From: Fidelibacterota bacterium | GTDB taxonomy: Bacteria > Fidelibacterota > Marinisomatia > SCGC-AAA003-L08 > D37C17 | DNA: 64,000 nt | Assembly (NCBI GenBank): GCA_002717625.1 | Contig: PBEF01000023.1 | Span: 42,103-106,102, forward strand | Direction of reading: 5' to 3' | In this document: piece after piece, positions 1-9,904 of the stretch | Layout of the letters: each line of letters starts with the position of its first letter | Position numbering within the stretch: position 1 is the stretch's first letter | The notes under the pieces: generated by a model | Told to the model about the DNA's origin: nothing | Databases searched by the model: none | Seen by the model: only the letters and a program-made list of their open reading frames with translations | Translations under genes and position numbers: made by a program

Positions 1-285
1 GCTGAAATTGTAGATTTGAAATCTTTTGATAATCAAACAAACTTTACTATTGAAATTGATGAAAATTATTTAAAATATTGCATCAAAAAAGGTTCTATTA
101 CGCTTGATGGAATATCGTTAACCATAGCCGAAATAAAAAATAATCATATTACGGTTGCAATCATTCCACATACATTGGATAATACAACGCTTAAGTTCAA
201 AAAAATTGGAGACTTTGTGAATTTAGAAACTGATATGTTTGCTAAATATGTTGAGAATATATTGAGAGTAAAAAATAATGAGTGA
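1..285 (+). CDS. ribE: riboflavin synthase alpha chain, C-terminal fragment (5-prime end outside window)
   Basis: Frame-1 reading frame is open to the window edge. It carries lumazine-binding repeat motifs (GSITLDGISLTI, IPHTLDNTTL). It overlaps the ribBA start by 8 nt and sits in rib operon context. Confidence 0.85.
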   Translation, partial: AEIVDLKSFDNQTNFTIEIDENYLKYCIKKGSITLDGISLTIAEIKNNHITVAIIPHTLDNTTLKFKKIGDFVNLETDMFAKYVENILRVKNNE

Positions 286-1495
286 TTATAATAAGAAAAT
301 AAAAGAGGCAATTAAAGATTTTAAAGCTGGAAAGATGGTCATTGTTGTTGATGATAAAGACAGGGAAAATGAAGGTGACTTTATTATATCAGCAGAGCTA
401 TGTACTTCTGATGATATAAACTTTATGATGAAAGAAGCTCGTGGTTTAATATGTGCATCAATAACAAATGAAAGAGCTAATCAGTTAAAGTTATCTCCGA
501 TGGTATCATCTAGTACTGCTGTACATGAAACTAATTTTACTGTCAGTGTTGATGCCATTAAAAATGCTACAACAGGTATATCTGCTAAGGATAGGTGGGA
601 GACAGTTAGAGTTTTGATGGATGAAAAATCAAAACCTGAAGATTTAGGTAGACCTGGTCATATGTTTCCTCTTATTGCAAAAGAGGGGGGTGTGTTGCAA
701 CGAGCGGGACATACCGAAGCTGCTATGGATTTAAGTAAGCTTTCAGGATTGAAACCAGGTGCATTGCTTGTAGAAATCGTTAATGATGATGGTACTATGG
801 CTAGAAGTCCTCAGTTAGAGAAAATAGCTCAGAAATTTGATTTGTGTTTGATTAGCATTTCTGATCTTATTAAATATAGAAGAGAAAATGATAAGATAGT
901 AGAAGAGATATCACGAGTTCCTTTCCCTACAGAATTTGGTGATTTTGAGTTAAGATTATTTGAAGATAAGATTCATAAGGATCATCATGTAGCTATAGTA
1001 AAGGGAGAAATTTCTAATGATAAAGAGTCTATGGTTAGGGTTCATTCTCAATGTTTAACAGGCGATATATTTGGCTCATTGCGTTGTGATTGTGGCTTGC
1101 AACTCAATAAAGCATTAGAATTAATTGATGAATCTGATAACGGTGTACTTGTTTATTTACGACAAGAAGGTAGAGGAATTGGTCTTAAGAATAAGATAAA
1201 AGCATATCAATTGCAAGATCAAGGCCTTGATACTGTGCAGGCTAATCATGAATTAGGGTTTAAAGCTGATTTAAGAGAATATGGAATTGGTGCAGAGATA
1301 TTAATTGCATGTGGTGTAGGCAAAATGAAATTGTTAACAAATAATCCTAAAAAAATAATTGGTTTAGATGGTTTTGGATTACAAATAACAGGTCGAGAAC
1401 CAATAAATTTTGATTCTAACCCTGTTAATGAAAAATACTTGACAACTAAGAGAGATAAATTAGGCCATTTGATATTAGGAAATAATGAAAAATAG
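278..1495 (+). CDS. ribBA: bifunctional 3,4-dihydroxy-2-butanone-4-phosphate synthase / GTP cyclohydrolase II
   Basis: The N-terminal half has DHBP synthase motifs (DRENEGDFI, GHTEAA). The C-terminal half has GTP cyclohydrolase II motifs (VRVHSQCLTGD, LRCDCG, YLRQEGRGIGL). Confidence 0.95.
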   Translation: MSDYNKKIKEAIKDFKAGKMVIVVDDKDRENEGDFIISAELCTSDDINFMMKEARGLICASITNERANQLKLSPMVSSSTAVHETNFTVSVDAIKNATTGISAKDRWETVRVLMDEKSKPEDLGRPGHMFPLIAKEGGVLQRAGHTEAAMDLSKLSGLKPGALLVEIVNDDGTMARSPQLEKIAQKFDLCLISISDLIKYRRENDKIVEEISRVPFPTEFGDFELRLFEDKIHKDHHVAIVKGEISNDKESMVRVHSQCLTGDIFGSLRCDCGLQLNKALELIDESDNGVLVYLRQEGRGIGLKNKIKAYQLQDQGLDTVQANHELGFKADLREYGIGAEILIACGVGKMKLLTNNPKKIIGLDGFGLQITGREPINFDSNPVNEKYLTTKRDKLGHLILGNNEK

Positions 1496-1946
1496 AGAAT
1501 ATATTAAATTATGTATAGTCCTAAGTGTCTTTGATAGAAAAATATCTGACGCACTTCTTGCTGGATCTATTAAAAAATTTATTCAATCAGGTGGTTTGAA
1601 AGAGAATATTACATTTTTTGAAGTTCCTGGTGCATTTGAAATTCCAGGTACTGTTAGTATGATTCTTAAAAATTCTCATGATTATGATGCTATAATATCT
1701 TTGGGCTGTGTTGTAAAAGGTGATACAGCGCATTTTGAATATATTTCTTCTTCTGTTACAGACTCTTTATCTAAAATTTCTATTTCGGATGAATGTTCAA
1801 TTCCTATTATTTATGGTATCTTAACGACTTATGATTATAAGCAAGCAATAGAGCGGTCTGATCCAAATAAAAAAGATAAGGGTGGGGAGGTTATGTCTGC
1901 TGCTCTTGATGTTATAGACACATATCAAAAAATTAATAATAAATAA
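1485..1946 (+). CDS. ribH: 6,7-dimethyl-8-ribityllumazine synthase
   Basis: Lumazine synthase motifs are present (VPGAFEIPG, GCVVKGDTAHFEY). It overlaps ribBA by 11 nt. Confidence 0.95.
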   Translation: MKNREYIKLCIVLSVFDRKISDALLAGSIKKFIQSGGLKENITFFEVPGAFEIPGTVSMILKNSHDYDAIISLGCVVKGDTAHFEYISSSVTDSLSKISISDECSIPIIYGILTTYDYKQAIERSDPNKKDKGGEVMSAALDVIDTYQKINNK

Positions 1947-1947
1947 T

Positions 1948-4494
1948 TTGTTTTATATTAAAAACATATTCTTATACTTACTTTTTTTATCATTTTTTTT
2001 TCCCTCTGATGTTTTAAAGCATATTAGAAATATTACATCTTTATTAACAACAACTTCAATGATATCTATAAATGATGATTTTATAATCAGTTCAAGTGAA
2101 GGGGGCATTTATAAGGTTGATTTAAACAATTTAAATTTTTCTGATTATTCTAATAATCTAGAGTATATTGATATTAATAGTATTGCTCTCCATGATAATC
2201 ATTATTGGTTAGCTGGAAATGATGGTAATATCCAAATTTTAGACGAAAATTTTAATTTAGTTAATGTTATTGATTATACAAATTTTTCATCTATTAGAAA
2301 GATAGTCTTTTATGAACAGTATGCATTTGCTATTGGTGCTGATTTAGAAGGTTATGATGTATTGGTTCAATATTCCGCAGATGGATATCCTAATTATTTG
2401 AATTATATCACTATTAATGATTTATTAAATACAATACCTGATTGCGAGGTATGCCCTGGTAATCATACAGTACATGATATTCATATTGGTAATCATGCAA
2501 TTACGCTTGCAACTACAGCAGGCCTTTATATTGCAGATTTATCTACCTATAATCATAATTTATTATCTATTTCATTAGATTGGACCTCTCTTGTGGGAGA
2601 TGAAACATTGTTGATTATTGATGGTTTTAGTTATTTGAAATTAAATAGTCAGGTTAATGTTTTTTATAGCGAAACTAGCGAATTTTTTCCTTACCCTACT
2701 TCAAATTTAGATATTGTAGCTGCTAAGTATTTTAACGGTAAGTTGTACTCTTTATTTTCTGATATTTTATATGTATCTAATTTAGATGGTTCAGATCTTC
2801 AAGAATTTAACAATTTAAGCGGTTTAGATTTTAAAGATTTATTATTAATTGATAATGATATTTATATAGGATCAAAAAAAGCAGGCATTATTAAGCTAGA
2901 TAATTATTTATCTGAATTTTCCTTTATTATTCCCAATACATTATTTTCTAATAATATAACATCTATTGATATAAATGATAATTATACCTTAGCAGGCCTA
3001 TCAGGCAAAGCAGAGCAAGTATTAGGTGGATTTGTTATAGATCATATTCATACAGAATTAAATATAAAAAATTTCTATTCTTATAATAATTATGATTTTA
3101 ATTACCCCGTATCAAATTCAATTGATAATGTTGCGTATAATGGAAAGTTATTATCATATGCACAAGGGAACGTCGAATCTTATGATATTAAATTTAATAG
3201 TAAGGGAGATCTCTATTTTTTGAATTCAGGTATTTATTTAGATCCAGATAATTATTCTTATGATAATAATATTGAATATATCAGTTCTTTAATTAATTTA
3301 AACCCTCTTACTCTGGAAATTAGTAATTCTTGGGGGCAAGATGTATTCTCTGGTAAAAGAGAATTGTATCCAGATGAAGACGGAAATTGTTCTATTTCAG
3401 GTCAAGATAAAAATCATACTATTGTAACGCAGTTACTATTTGATAATAATGATAATGCTTGGATTGTAAATCCTCATTCAGAAGGCGATATAAATAAACC
3501 TGTTTGTGCAATGATTAATAGTCAAGAGAATAATTGGGTTTGTATAGAAGATCATAATAATCCAGATAATTGTTTGGATCTTAATAATGAATATTTACTA
3601 CCTAGTGAAGTTGTTATTGATTATAATAACAATTTATGGATTGGATATGAAAAAGATATAAACCTAGATTATTCTCCAGGTGGGCTTAAGATGGTTAAAT
3701 TTAAAGATATATTAGATCCTAATGATGATTTATGGTATTCTAATACAAATTATAGTAATAGAACTATAGATGTTGTTGGTTGTGCTGATAATGAATCATT
3801 TCATAACATTTCTATTTTTTCTTTAGATATAGGCAAAGATAGTTTAGGCAATACAATTTTATGGATTTTAACTGAGTCTGGTGCTATGGCATACAGAGTT
3901 TACAATGAGGGTTCAAGGTATAAATTGGAGCCTCAATCAATCCCAGGTTTCTGCGATTTTTATCTATCAAATATTGATTTTGATAATCAGTCAAAAATAA
4001 GAGTTGATAAACAAAACAATGCTTGGATTATATCAAAGGAGGGTGTGACTGTTCTCAGTCCTCAAAATCCATGGGAAATAAAAATGTCTTTAAATTTAGA
4101 AACAAGTAATTTATTATCAAATAATATACAAGATATAGCTTTTGATGATAATGGCTACATCTATTTTGCAACGGATAGAGGGCTTTCAATTTTTCAAGGT
4201 ATTTTTGCTACTGATAGAAGTAATTCATCTATATCTGTATCTCCAAATCCATTTATGATTGGAGATAGTAATACCTTGACAATAAGCAATTCCCTTTATG
4301 GATCAATTATACAAATAATGAATTTATCCGGAAAAGTTGTAAAAGAGTTCAATCTAAATGAAGGTAATGTTATTTTAGATTGGGATGGAAGAGGAGAGAA
4401 TGGAAAATATTTAAATACAGGTGTCTATTTGCTTTCTGGTTTTCATCCTTCAGGTAGTCAAGGAGTTACAAAGTTGGCTATTATTAGAAAATAA
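1948..4494 (+). CDS. secreted beta-propeller-like protein (two-component-regulator-propeller-type repeats) with T9SS-type C-terminal domain
   Basis: It has a hydrophobic N-terminal signal-like segment and uses a TTG start. Repeated motifs of the type NNLWIGYEKD, NNAWIISKEGVTVL and GYIYFATDRGLSIF occur. The C-terminus reads VSPNPF...DWDGRGENGKYLNTGVYLL...KLAIIRK. Confidence 0.6.
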   Translation: MFYIKNIFLYLLFLSFFFPSDVLKHIRNITSLLTTTSMISINDDFIISSSEGGIYKVDLNNLNFSDYSNNLEYIDINSIALHDNHYWLAGNDGNIQILDENFNLVNVIDYTNFSSIRKIVFYEQYAFAIGADLEGYDVLVQYSADGYPNYLNYITINDLLNTIPDCEVCPGNHTVHDIHIGNHAITLATTAGLYIADLSTYNHNLLSISLDWTSLVGDETLLIIDGFSYLKLNSQVNVFYSETSEFFPYPTSNLDIVAAKYFNGKLYSLFSDILYVSNLDGSDLQEFNNLSGLDFKDLLLIDNDIYIGSKKAGIIKLDNYLSEFSFIIPNTLFSNNITSIDINDNYTLAGLSGKAEQVLGGFVIDHIHTELNIKNFYSYNNYDFNYPVSNSIDNVAYNGKLLSYAQGNVESYDIKFNSKGDLYFLNSGIYLDPDNYSYDNNIEYISSLINLNPLTLEISNSWGQDVFSGKRELYPDEDGNCSISGQDKNHTIVTQLLFDNNDNAWIVNPHSEGDINKPVCAMINSQENNWVCIEDHNNPDNCLDLNNEYLLPSEVVIDYNNNLWIGYEKDINLDYSPGGLKMVKFKDILDPNDDLWYSNTNYSNRTIDVVGCADNESFHNISIFSLDIGKDSLGNTILWILTESGAMAYRVYNEGSRYKLEPQSIPGFCDFYLSNIDFDNQSKIRVDKQNNAWIISKEGVTVLSPQNPWEIKMSLNLETSNLLSNNIQDIAFDDNGYIYFATDRGLSIFQGIFATDRSNSSISVSPNPFMIGDSNTLTISNSLYGSIIQIMNLSGKVVKEFNLNEGNVILDWDGRGENGKYLNTGVYLLSGFHPSGSQGVTKLAIIRK
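4237..4491 (+). other. T9SS-type / FlgD-Ig-like C-terminal sorting domain of the 1948-4494 protein
   Basis: These are the last 85 residues: VSPNPFMIGDSNTLTISN...IMNLSGKVVKEF...LDWDGRGENGKYLNTGVYLLSGF...KLAIIRK. Confidence 0.55.
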
Positions 4495-4665
4495 TTATTT
4501 TTTCTTGCCCCAATCAAACCCAGTTGCATCTAAAATATAAAAAACTATACTTATTCCTAATGCTGTCATTAAATTATCTTCTATATTAATCCATCCTTTA
4601 ATATAGCTGTTAATTATAGCACCCATAAAAACAATCAAGGATGCTATTATAGAATGTTTTTTCAT
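4495..4665 (-). CDS. small hypothetical membrane protein (56 aa), not in the ORF track
   Basis: My reverse-strand translation is MKKHSIIASLIVFMGAIINSYIKGWINIEDNLMTALGISIVFYILDATGFDWGKKK. It has two hydrophobic segments. An AAGGGA SD-like motif lies a few nt upstream. It starts 27 nt downstream of the co-directional beta-helix gene. Confidence 0.35.
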   Translation of the reverse strand: MKKHSIIASLIVFMGAIINSYIKGWINIEDNLMTALGISIVFYILDATGFDWGKKK

Positions 4666-4692
4666 ATAATTTCCCTTTTATTTAATAATTAT

Positions 4693-6099
4693 TTATTCAT
4701 TAAAACTTAAAATTAAGTTTATAATTAAAATAATATCTTGAATATTATTGTTGCCATCATTATTCATATCAGCATTTATTATAAAGTCATTATTTAGTAT
4801 AGTATCAATCGCAATGATAACATCTAGAATATTAATAATTAAATCATTATTAAGATCACCTTGAATATATTGTTCATAGTAATATGCTCCCATATCACTA
4901 ATAGTCATATCTTCATCTATTATATTTGGATCTCCAGAATCTATACAAGGTGAATTTTCCATCAGATGATAATCATTAAAGTCCAAATCAATAAATAAAG
5001 GATTCTCTGATATAGTTCCAACTCCATGTATTTCTAAATTATTTAACCCTTCTATATTTGAATATTTTATATCATATTCAAAAAATGCATCTGATGTATA
5101 TCCATCTAAATTGTATTCTGGATTTGTATTGTTTTCATGATAATTATAATAAATAATTGTATTATTTATAGAAGCATTTCCTCCATCCATATATATTCCT
5201 GTTCCTGTAGCATTGCTATCTATAATGTTTTCTATTATACTGCTATTTAATATATCTAAATTAGATACAGATACAAATATTCCTCCTCCAAAACCCACTG
5301 ATTCATTTCTTGCTATTATAGTTTTATGCATGCTTAAATTGGTTTGTCCTCCAACCCAAATCCCGCCTCCTCTTGAATCAGAATAATTTTCCTCTATTAT
5401 TACATTTTCAAAATTAGCACTACTATTGCTTATATAAATGCCACCACCAAATCTTGTCTCATTATTATTGATTATAATATTTGATAGTTCTAAGTTACTT
5501 AATAGTGCTTGAATTCCTCCTCCGCTACCATATAAATCCATTCCATTTTCTTCTATGGTTGAATTATATGCAGATAGAGAGTGATTAACAACAAAAACAC
5601 CTCCTCCTTCAGAAGCTAAGTTATTTTTAATTATACAATTGTATATATATGGATGTTTAGTACTTGATTCTGTAGAATAAAAACAAATTCCTCCACCAGC
5701 AAATGCTGAATTATTTTTTATGCTTAAATTTTCTAAGATTAAATTTGAATTATTAGATAAAATACCCCCTCCGTATGTTGCTCCATTAATATTTTGACCC
5801 GATCCATTTTGAATAATAAATCCTCTTATGGTTAAGTATTGATTATTGATATTATTGCATGTTATAGTAGGTCCATTTTGATTTCCATCTAGTATTGTTT
5901 CTTCATTTTGATTATCTGAAACTAAGAATATGTTTTTTTCATCAATTATGATATTCTCATAGTATACACCAGGACTAACTCTAATTGTATCCTCATTAGA
6001 TGCATAATTGATAGCTTGCTGAATAGTAGAAAAATCTGCAGGTACAAATATTTCATTTGATAAAGTTATATTTATTAATATGATGATTAAGGCAAACAT
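4693..6099 (-). CDS. secreted right-handed parallel beta-helix repeat protein with C-terminal dockerin-type module
   Basis: It has a signal-like N-terminus followed by VPADFSTIQQAINYASNEDTIRVSPGVYYENI. Many roughly 23-aa repeats are centred on GGGI/GGGV (GGGILSNN, GGGICFY, GGGVFVV, GGGIQAL, GGGIYIS, GGGIWVG, GGGIFVS). A dockerin-like tail closes the protein. Confidence 0.7.
   Translation of the reverse strand: MFALIIILINITLSNEIFVPADFSTIQQAINYASNEDTIRVSPGVYYENIIIDEKNIFLVSDNQNEETILDGNQNGPTITCNNINNQYLTIRGFIIQNGSGQNINGATYGGGILSNNSNLILENLSIKNNSAFAGGGICFYSTESSTKHPYIYNCIIKNNLASEGGGVFVVNHSLSAYNSTIEENGMDLYGSGGGIQALLSNLELSNIIINNNETRFGGGIYISNSSANFENVIIEENYSDSRGGGIWVGGQTNLSMHKTIIARNESVGFGGGIFVSVSNLDILNSSIIENIIDSNATGTGIYMDGGNASINNTIIYYNYHENNTNPEYNLDGYTSDAFFEYDIKYSNIEGLNNLEIHGVGTISENPLFIDLDFNDYHLMENSPCIDSGDPNIIDEDMTISDMGAYYYEQYIQGDLNNDLIINILDVIIAIDTILNNDFIINADMNNDGNNNIQDIILIINLILSFNE
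4696..4860 (-). other. dockerin-type module (two 22-residue EF-hand-like repeats)
   Basis: The repeats are GDLNNDLIINILDVIIAIDTIL and ADMNNDGNNNIQDIILIINLIL, separated by a 7-residue linker. They are the last 55 residues of the protein. Confidence 0.6.
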
Positions 6100-6105
6100 T
6101 TAATT

Positions 6106-7908
6106 TTACTTATTATTTAAGCGAGATTGATATAGCATAATTAATATGATAGAAAATAATAATATTCCAATATAATTATATTGATTATTAAACATGGGAT
6201 TCCACCATGATGATATTCCTGTTATGAAAATAGGTATAGCAATTAAAATCCCCATAATTGCTTCCCCTGTAATTAATCCTGATGCAAATATAGTCCCCTC
6301 TTCATTATTTTTTGTTAGATATGATATGAGACTTCCTAGAAATATAGGTAATGATAAACCTATTGGTAAATAAATTCCAACAGCAACTGCTAAAACAGGA
6401 AACCTTAAATTTGATTTCCTTTTTTCCTGTATTTCATCTAAGATGATAATGATTGTTCCAATTATTATTCCACTAAAAATCCAATTCCAGGGTAGTGCTT
6501 TACTGAAAACTCCTTGGACTACAGTTTGCATTAAATTTGCTTGTGGAGCAGGAAGTGTATCTGATCCTATTGTGTAAGCACTATTAAGTATGTTTAACAC
6601 AAATGTAACTGTTAATGCAGATGCTGTAGTTCCAATAATCTGCATTATTTGCTGTTTCCAAGGTGTTGCCTTTATTAGATGTCCTGTTTTTAAATCTTGC
6701 ATATTATCTCCAGATATAGCAGCTGAACAACATATTATAGATCCAAACAGAATAGATGCAACCATGCCATTAGTAGATATGAAACCGATATAATTGATAA
6801 ATAAAGCAGATAGTAGTATTGTTGCTATTGTAATTCCTGATATAGGATTATTAGATGAGCCTACAATTCCAGCCATATATGCTGCTATTGCAGAGAATAA
6901 AAATGCAATAATTATAATCATAACTGTTATCACAATACTAAATCCTGTTGTTTGAAAAATAGAATAATAAATTGAGTATAAAGGAAATATTAATAAAAGT
7001 ATAATTGCGGCTATTATATATATTGATAAATTACCCTCTTTAGATATTGAATTTGTGCCTGTATTATTCTTTAATTTTATTCCACTTATAATAGGTCCTA
7101 TAAGTTTTATGATTGACCAAAAACCTCCAATTAACATTGCTCCTACGCCTAAAAAACGAATTTTTGTATTCCAAATATTCCATGCGATTTTTTCTATATT
7201 CCCTGTGTAATCTAAAGATGAAGTGTAGAATGGTATTGCAATAATCCAGCTTATAATGCCCCCTAGTAAAACTAAGAATCCAACATTAATTCCTACGATG
7301 TATCCAACTCCAATTAAAGCAGGAGATAAGTCGCAGGCAATTCCAAATATAGAAGATTTAATTCTAAAAATATATTCTATAGAAGAAGTCCATAGCCCTA
7401 GCGCTTGTTGACAAAATTTTATAAAAGCTCCAATAATAGTTGATTTTAATATCGTATTACCTAATTTGCTATTATTTGTAGATTCTAATATTTTAGATGT
7501 AGCTATTCCTTCTGGGAATTTAAGTTTTCTATTAATAATTAGAGTTTTTCTTAGAGGGATTGTAAATAAAACCCCTAATATTCCTCCTATTAAAGCAATT
7601 TTAGTAACTTCTATATAGTCAAAATTTGTCCAATATCCCATTAATAATAGCGCTGGAAATGTAAAAATTACTCCAGCAGCTAATGATTCTCCTGCAGATG
7701 CTGACGTTTGGACCAGATTGTGTTCTAGTATGGTTGATTTTTTGAAAAATCTTAAAATGCTAATTGACATAATAGCTGCAGGAATAGACGCTGAAACTGT
7801 CATGCCTGCAAATAAACCTAAGTATGTATTTGCTCCAGATAATAATATTGAGAAAATAATCCCAAGAATTATAACTCTTAATGTTAATTCATTATTTTTA
7901 TGTAACAT
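6106..7908 (-). CDS. OPT-family oligopeptide transporter
   Basis: It is a 600-aa polytopic membrane protein. The N-terminus ELTLRVIILGIIFSILLSGANTYLGLFAGMTVSASIPAA and the overall architecture are typical of the OPT family. Confidence 0.88.
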   Translation of the reverse strand: MLHKNNELTLRVIILGIIFSILLSGANTYLGLFAGMTVSASIPAAIMSISILRFFKKSTILEHNLVQTSASAGESLAAGVIFTFPALLLMGYWTNFDYIEVTKIALIGGILGVLFTIPLRKTLIINRKLKFPEGIATSKILESTNNSKLGNTILKSTIIGAFIKFCQQALGLWTSSIEYIFRIKSSIFGIACDLSPALIGVGYIVGINVGFLVLLGGIISWIIAIPFYTSSLDYTGNIEKIAWNIWNTKIRFLGVGAMLIGGFWSIIKLIGPIISGIKLKNNTGTNSISKEGNLSIYIIAAIILLLIFPLYSIYYSIFQTTGFSIVITVMIIIIAFLFSAIAAYMAGIVGSSNNPISGITIATILLSALFINYIGFISTNGMVASILFGSIICCSAAISGDNMQDLKTGHLIKATPWKQQIMQIIGTTASALTVTFVLNILNSAYTIGSDTLPAPQANLMQTVVQGVFSKALPWNWIFSGIIIGTIIIILDEIQEKRKSNLRFPVLAVAVGIYLPIGLSLPIFLGSLISYLTKNNEEGTIFASGLITGEAIMGILIAIPIFITGISSWWNPMFNNQYNYIGILLFSIILIMLYQSRLNNK

Positions 7909-7974
7909 AAAATCTTTTAAAGATTATTAAATTTATTTGTTAAAAATTTACTATAAATAAGTTAATATAATTTC

Positions 7975-9894
7975 ATGTATAAATATTGTTCAAATTTATA
8001 TAAATATGAAAGATATCAATCTAGGACTGTATCAATTGGTGATATTTCTTTAGGTGGAGAATATCCTATACGATTACAAAGTATGACAACAACAAATACT
8101 CTAGATATTGATTCTACAGTAAATCAAACGATTAAAATTATTGAAGCTGGTAGTGATTATGTTAGAATTACAGCTCCTAGTATTAAAGAAGCAAAAGCAT
8201 TAAAAGAAATCAAAGAAAAATTGTGTAAAAAAGGTTATAAAAACCCTTTAATTGCAGATATACATTTCACTCCAAATGCGGCTATTGAAGCTGCAAGAAT
8301 AGTAGAAAAAGTACGAATTAATCCAGGTAATTATGCAGATAAGAAAAAATTTCTATCATTTGAATATACTGATGAAGAATATAATTTAGAGCTAGATAGA
8401 ATTTATGATAGATTTTCTCCTTTAGTAAAAGTATGTAAAGAGTATGGAACAGCTATGAGAATTGGGACTAATCATGGTTCTTTATCAGATAGAATTATGA
8501 ATAGATATGGTGATACTCCTTATGGTATGGTTGAATCAGCAATGGAATTTATTAGAATTTGTGAAGATCATAATTTTCGTAATATAGTTTTATCAATGAA
8601 ATCAAGTAATCCCTTGATAATGGTTCAAGCATATCGCCTTCTAGTTAATAAAATGGAAAATGAAAATATGAATTATCCATTACATTTAGGTGTTACAGAA
8701 GCAGGTGAAGGCATGGAAGGTAGAATTAAATCTTCATTAGGTATAGGTACTTTGTTAGAAGATGGTTTAGGAGATACAATTAGAGTATCTTTAACAGAAG
8801 ATCCTGAATATGAAATTCCTGTAGCTAAAAAAATAGTCAATAGGTACAGAAAAAGACATAATCATAAAAAAATAGATAATCATTGTAAGCAAATGTTGAA
8901 TCCCTTTGAATATAAAAAAAGAGAAACATCTATTATTGGTAATATTGGTGGAAGTAATGCTCCTGTAGTTATATCTGACATATCCTTCTTGAATAAAATT
9001 GATTTAGATGTTTTATCAAATTTAGGATATTTATATTCTAAACAAAATGATAAGTGGTTAATTAAAGATTTGGCTGTTGATTATGTACACGTAGGGGATA
9101 ATGAATTCAGCATTGAACTTCCTAATCAGTTAGGGGTGATATGTTCTTACTCAAATTGGAATAAGAATAAAAATAAAAATAATATTTTTCCTGAATTAAA
9201 AGTTGATGAGTATAAAGAGTCAAACATAGATAGTTTGAAATTTATATATATATCAGATAGTCAAGATATAGATCAAGAGTTTATTGAATTAATTAAGAAA
9301 GATGATAATGCTGTCATTTTATTAGATACATACAATGAACACGGCTTATCTCATCAGCGAAATTTGTTTTTTCATTTAATTAATTTGAAAATTAAATCAC
9401 CAGTAATTATAGGCAGGTATTATGAAAATCTATTATTGGAACAATTACAAATTGACTCTTCGGTAGATATTGGAGGTTTGTTTATTGATGGCCTAGGTGA
9501 TGGTATTTTTATATCACATAATAACTGTGCATCAATTCAAGAGGTCAATAAGTTAGCCTTTCAAATTTTACAATCTACTCGTACTAGAATAACAAAAACA
9601 GATTATATTAGTTGTCCCTCTTGTGGTAGAACACAGTTTGATTTAATAAAAACTACAGCAGAAGTGAGAAAACAAACATCTCATTTAAAAGGACTCAAAA
9701 TTGCCGTTATGGGCTGTATCGTTAATGGTCCAGGAGAGATGGCAGATGCTGATTATGGATATGTTGGAACAGGATATAAGAAAGTTTCTATATATAAAAA
9801 ACATAATGTAGTAACAAAAAATATAGATTCAAGTAAAGCTGTTGAAGCTTTGATTTCAGTTATAAAAGATAATGGAGATTGGATTAACCCATAG
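7975..9894 (+). CDS. ispG: 4-hydroxy-3-methylbut-2-en-1-yl diphosphate synthase (long form with central insertion)
   Basis: GcpE motifs are present (IRLQSMTTT, ADIHF, RINPGN). C-terminal Fe-S cysteines occur in SCPSCGRT and GCIVNGPGE. Its 639-aa length implies the inserted extra domain. Confidence 0.95.
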   Translation: MYKYCSNLYKYERYQSRTVSIGDISLGGEYPIRLQSMTTTNTLDIDSTVNQTIKIIEAGSDYVRITAPSIKEAKALKEIKEKLCKKGYKNPLIADIHFTPNAAIEAARIVEKVRINPGNYADKKKFLSFEYTDEEYNLELDRIYDRFSPLVKVCKEYGTAMRIGTNHGSLSDRIMNRYGDTPYGMVESAMEFIRICEDHNFRNIVLSMKSSNPLIMVQAYRLLVNKMENENMNYPLHLGVTEAGEGMEGRIKSSLGIGTLLEDGLGDTIRVSLTEDPEYEIPVAKKIVNRYRKRHNHKKIDNHCKQMLNPFEYKKRETSIIGNIGGSNAPVVISDISFLNKIDLDVLSNLGYLYSKQNDKWLIKDLAVDYVHVGDNEFSIELPNQLGVICSYSNWNKNKNKNNIFPELKVDEYKESNIDSLKFIYISDSQDIDQEFIELIKKDDNAVILLDTYNEHGLSHQRNLFFHLINLKIKSPVIIGRYYENLLLEQLQIDSSVDIGGLFIDGLGDGIFISHNNCASIQEVNKLAFQILQSTRTRITKTDYISCPSCGRTQFDLIKTTAEVRKQTSHLKGLKIAVMGCIVNGPGEMADADYGYVGTGYKKVSIYKKHNVVTKNIDSSKAVEALISVIKDNGDWINP

Positions 9895-9904
9895 AAAGGA
9901 AATA

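Noticed and set aside
7911-7925. A palindrome AATCTTT-T-AAAGATT lies immediately upstream of the OPT start codon.
   Set aside because: It is a pure A/T-dominated palindrome of the kind expected frequently in DNA this AT-rich. It overlaps the presumptive ribosome-binding region.
6590-7930. ORFs of 67 and 70 aa (6590-6793 and 7718-7930) lie on the plus strand within the OPT transporter gene.
   Set aside because: Both lie antisense to a clearly recognisable OPT-family gene. They are short and have no motifs.
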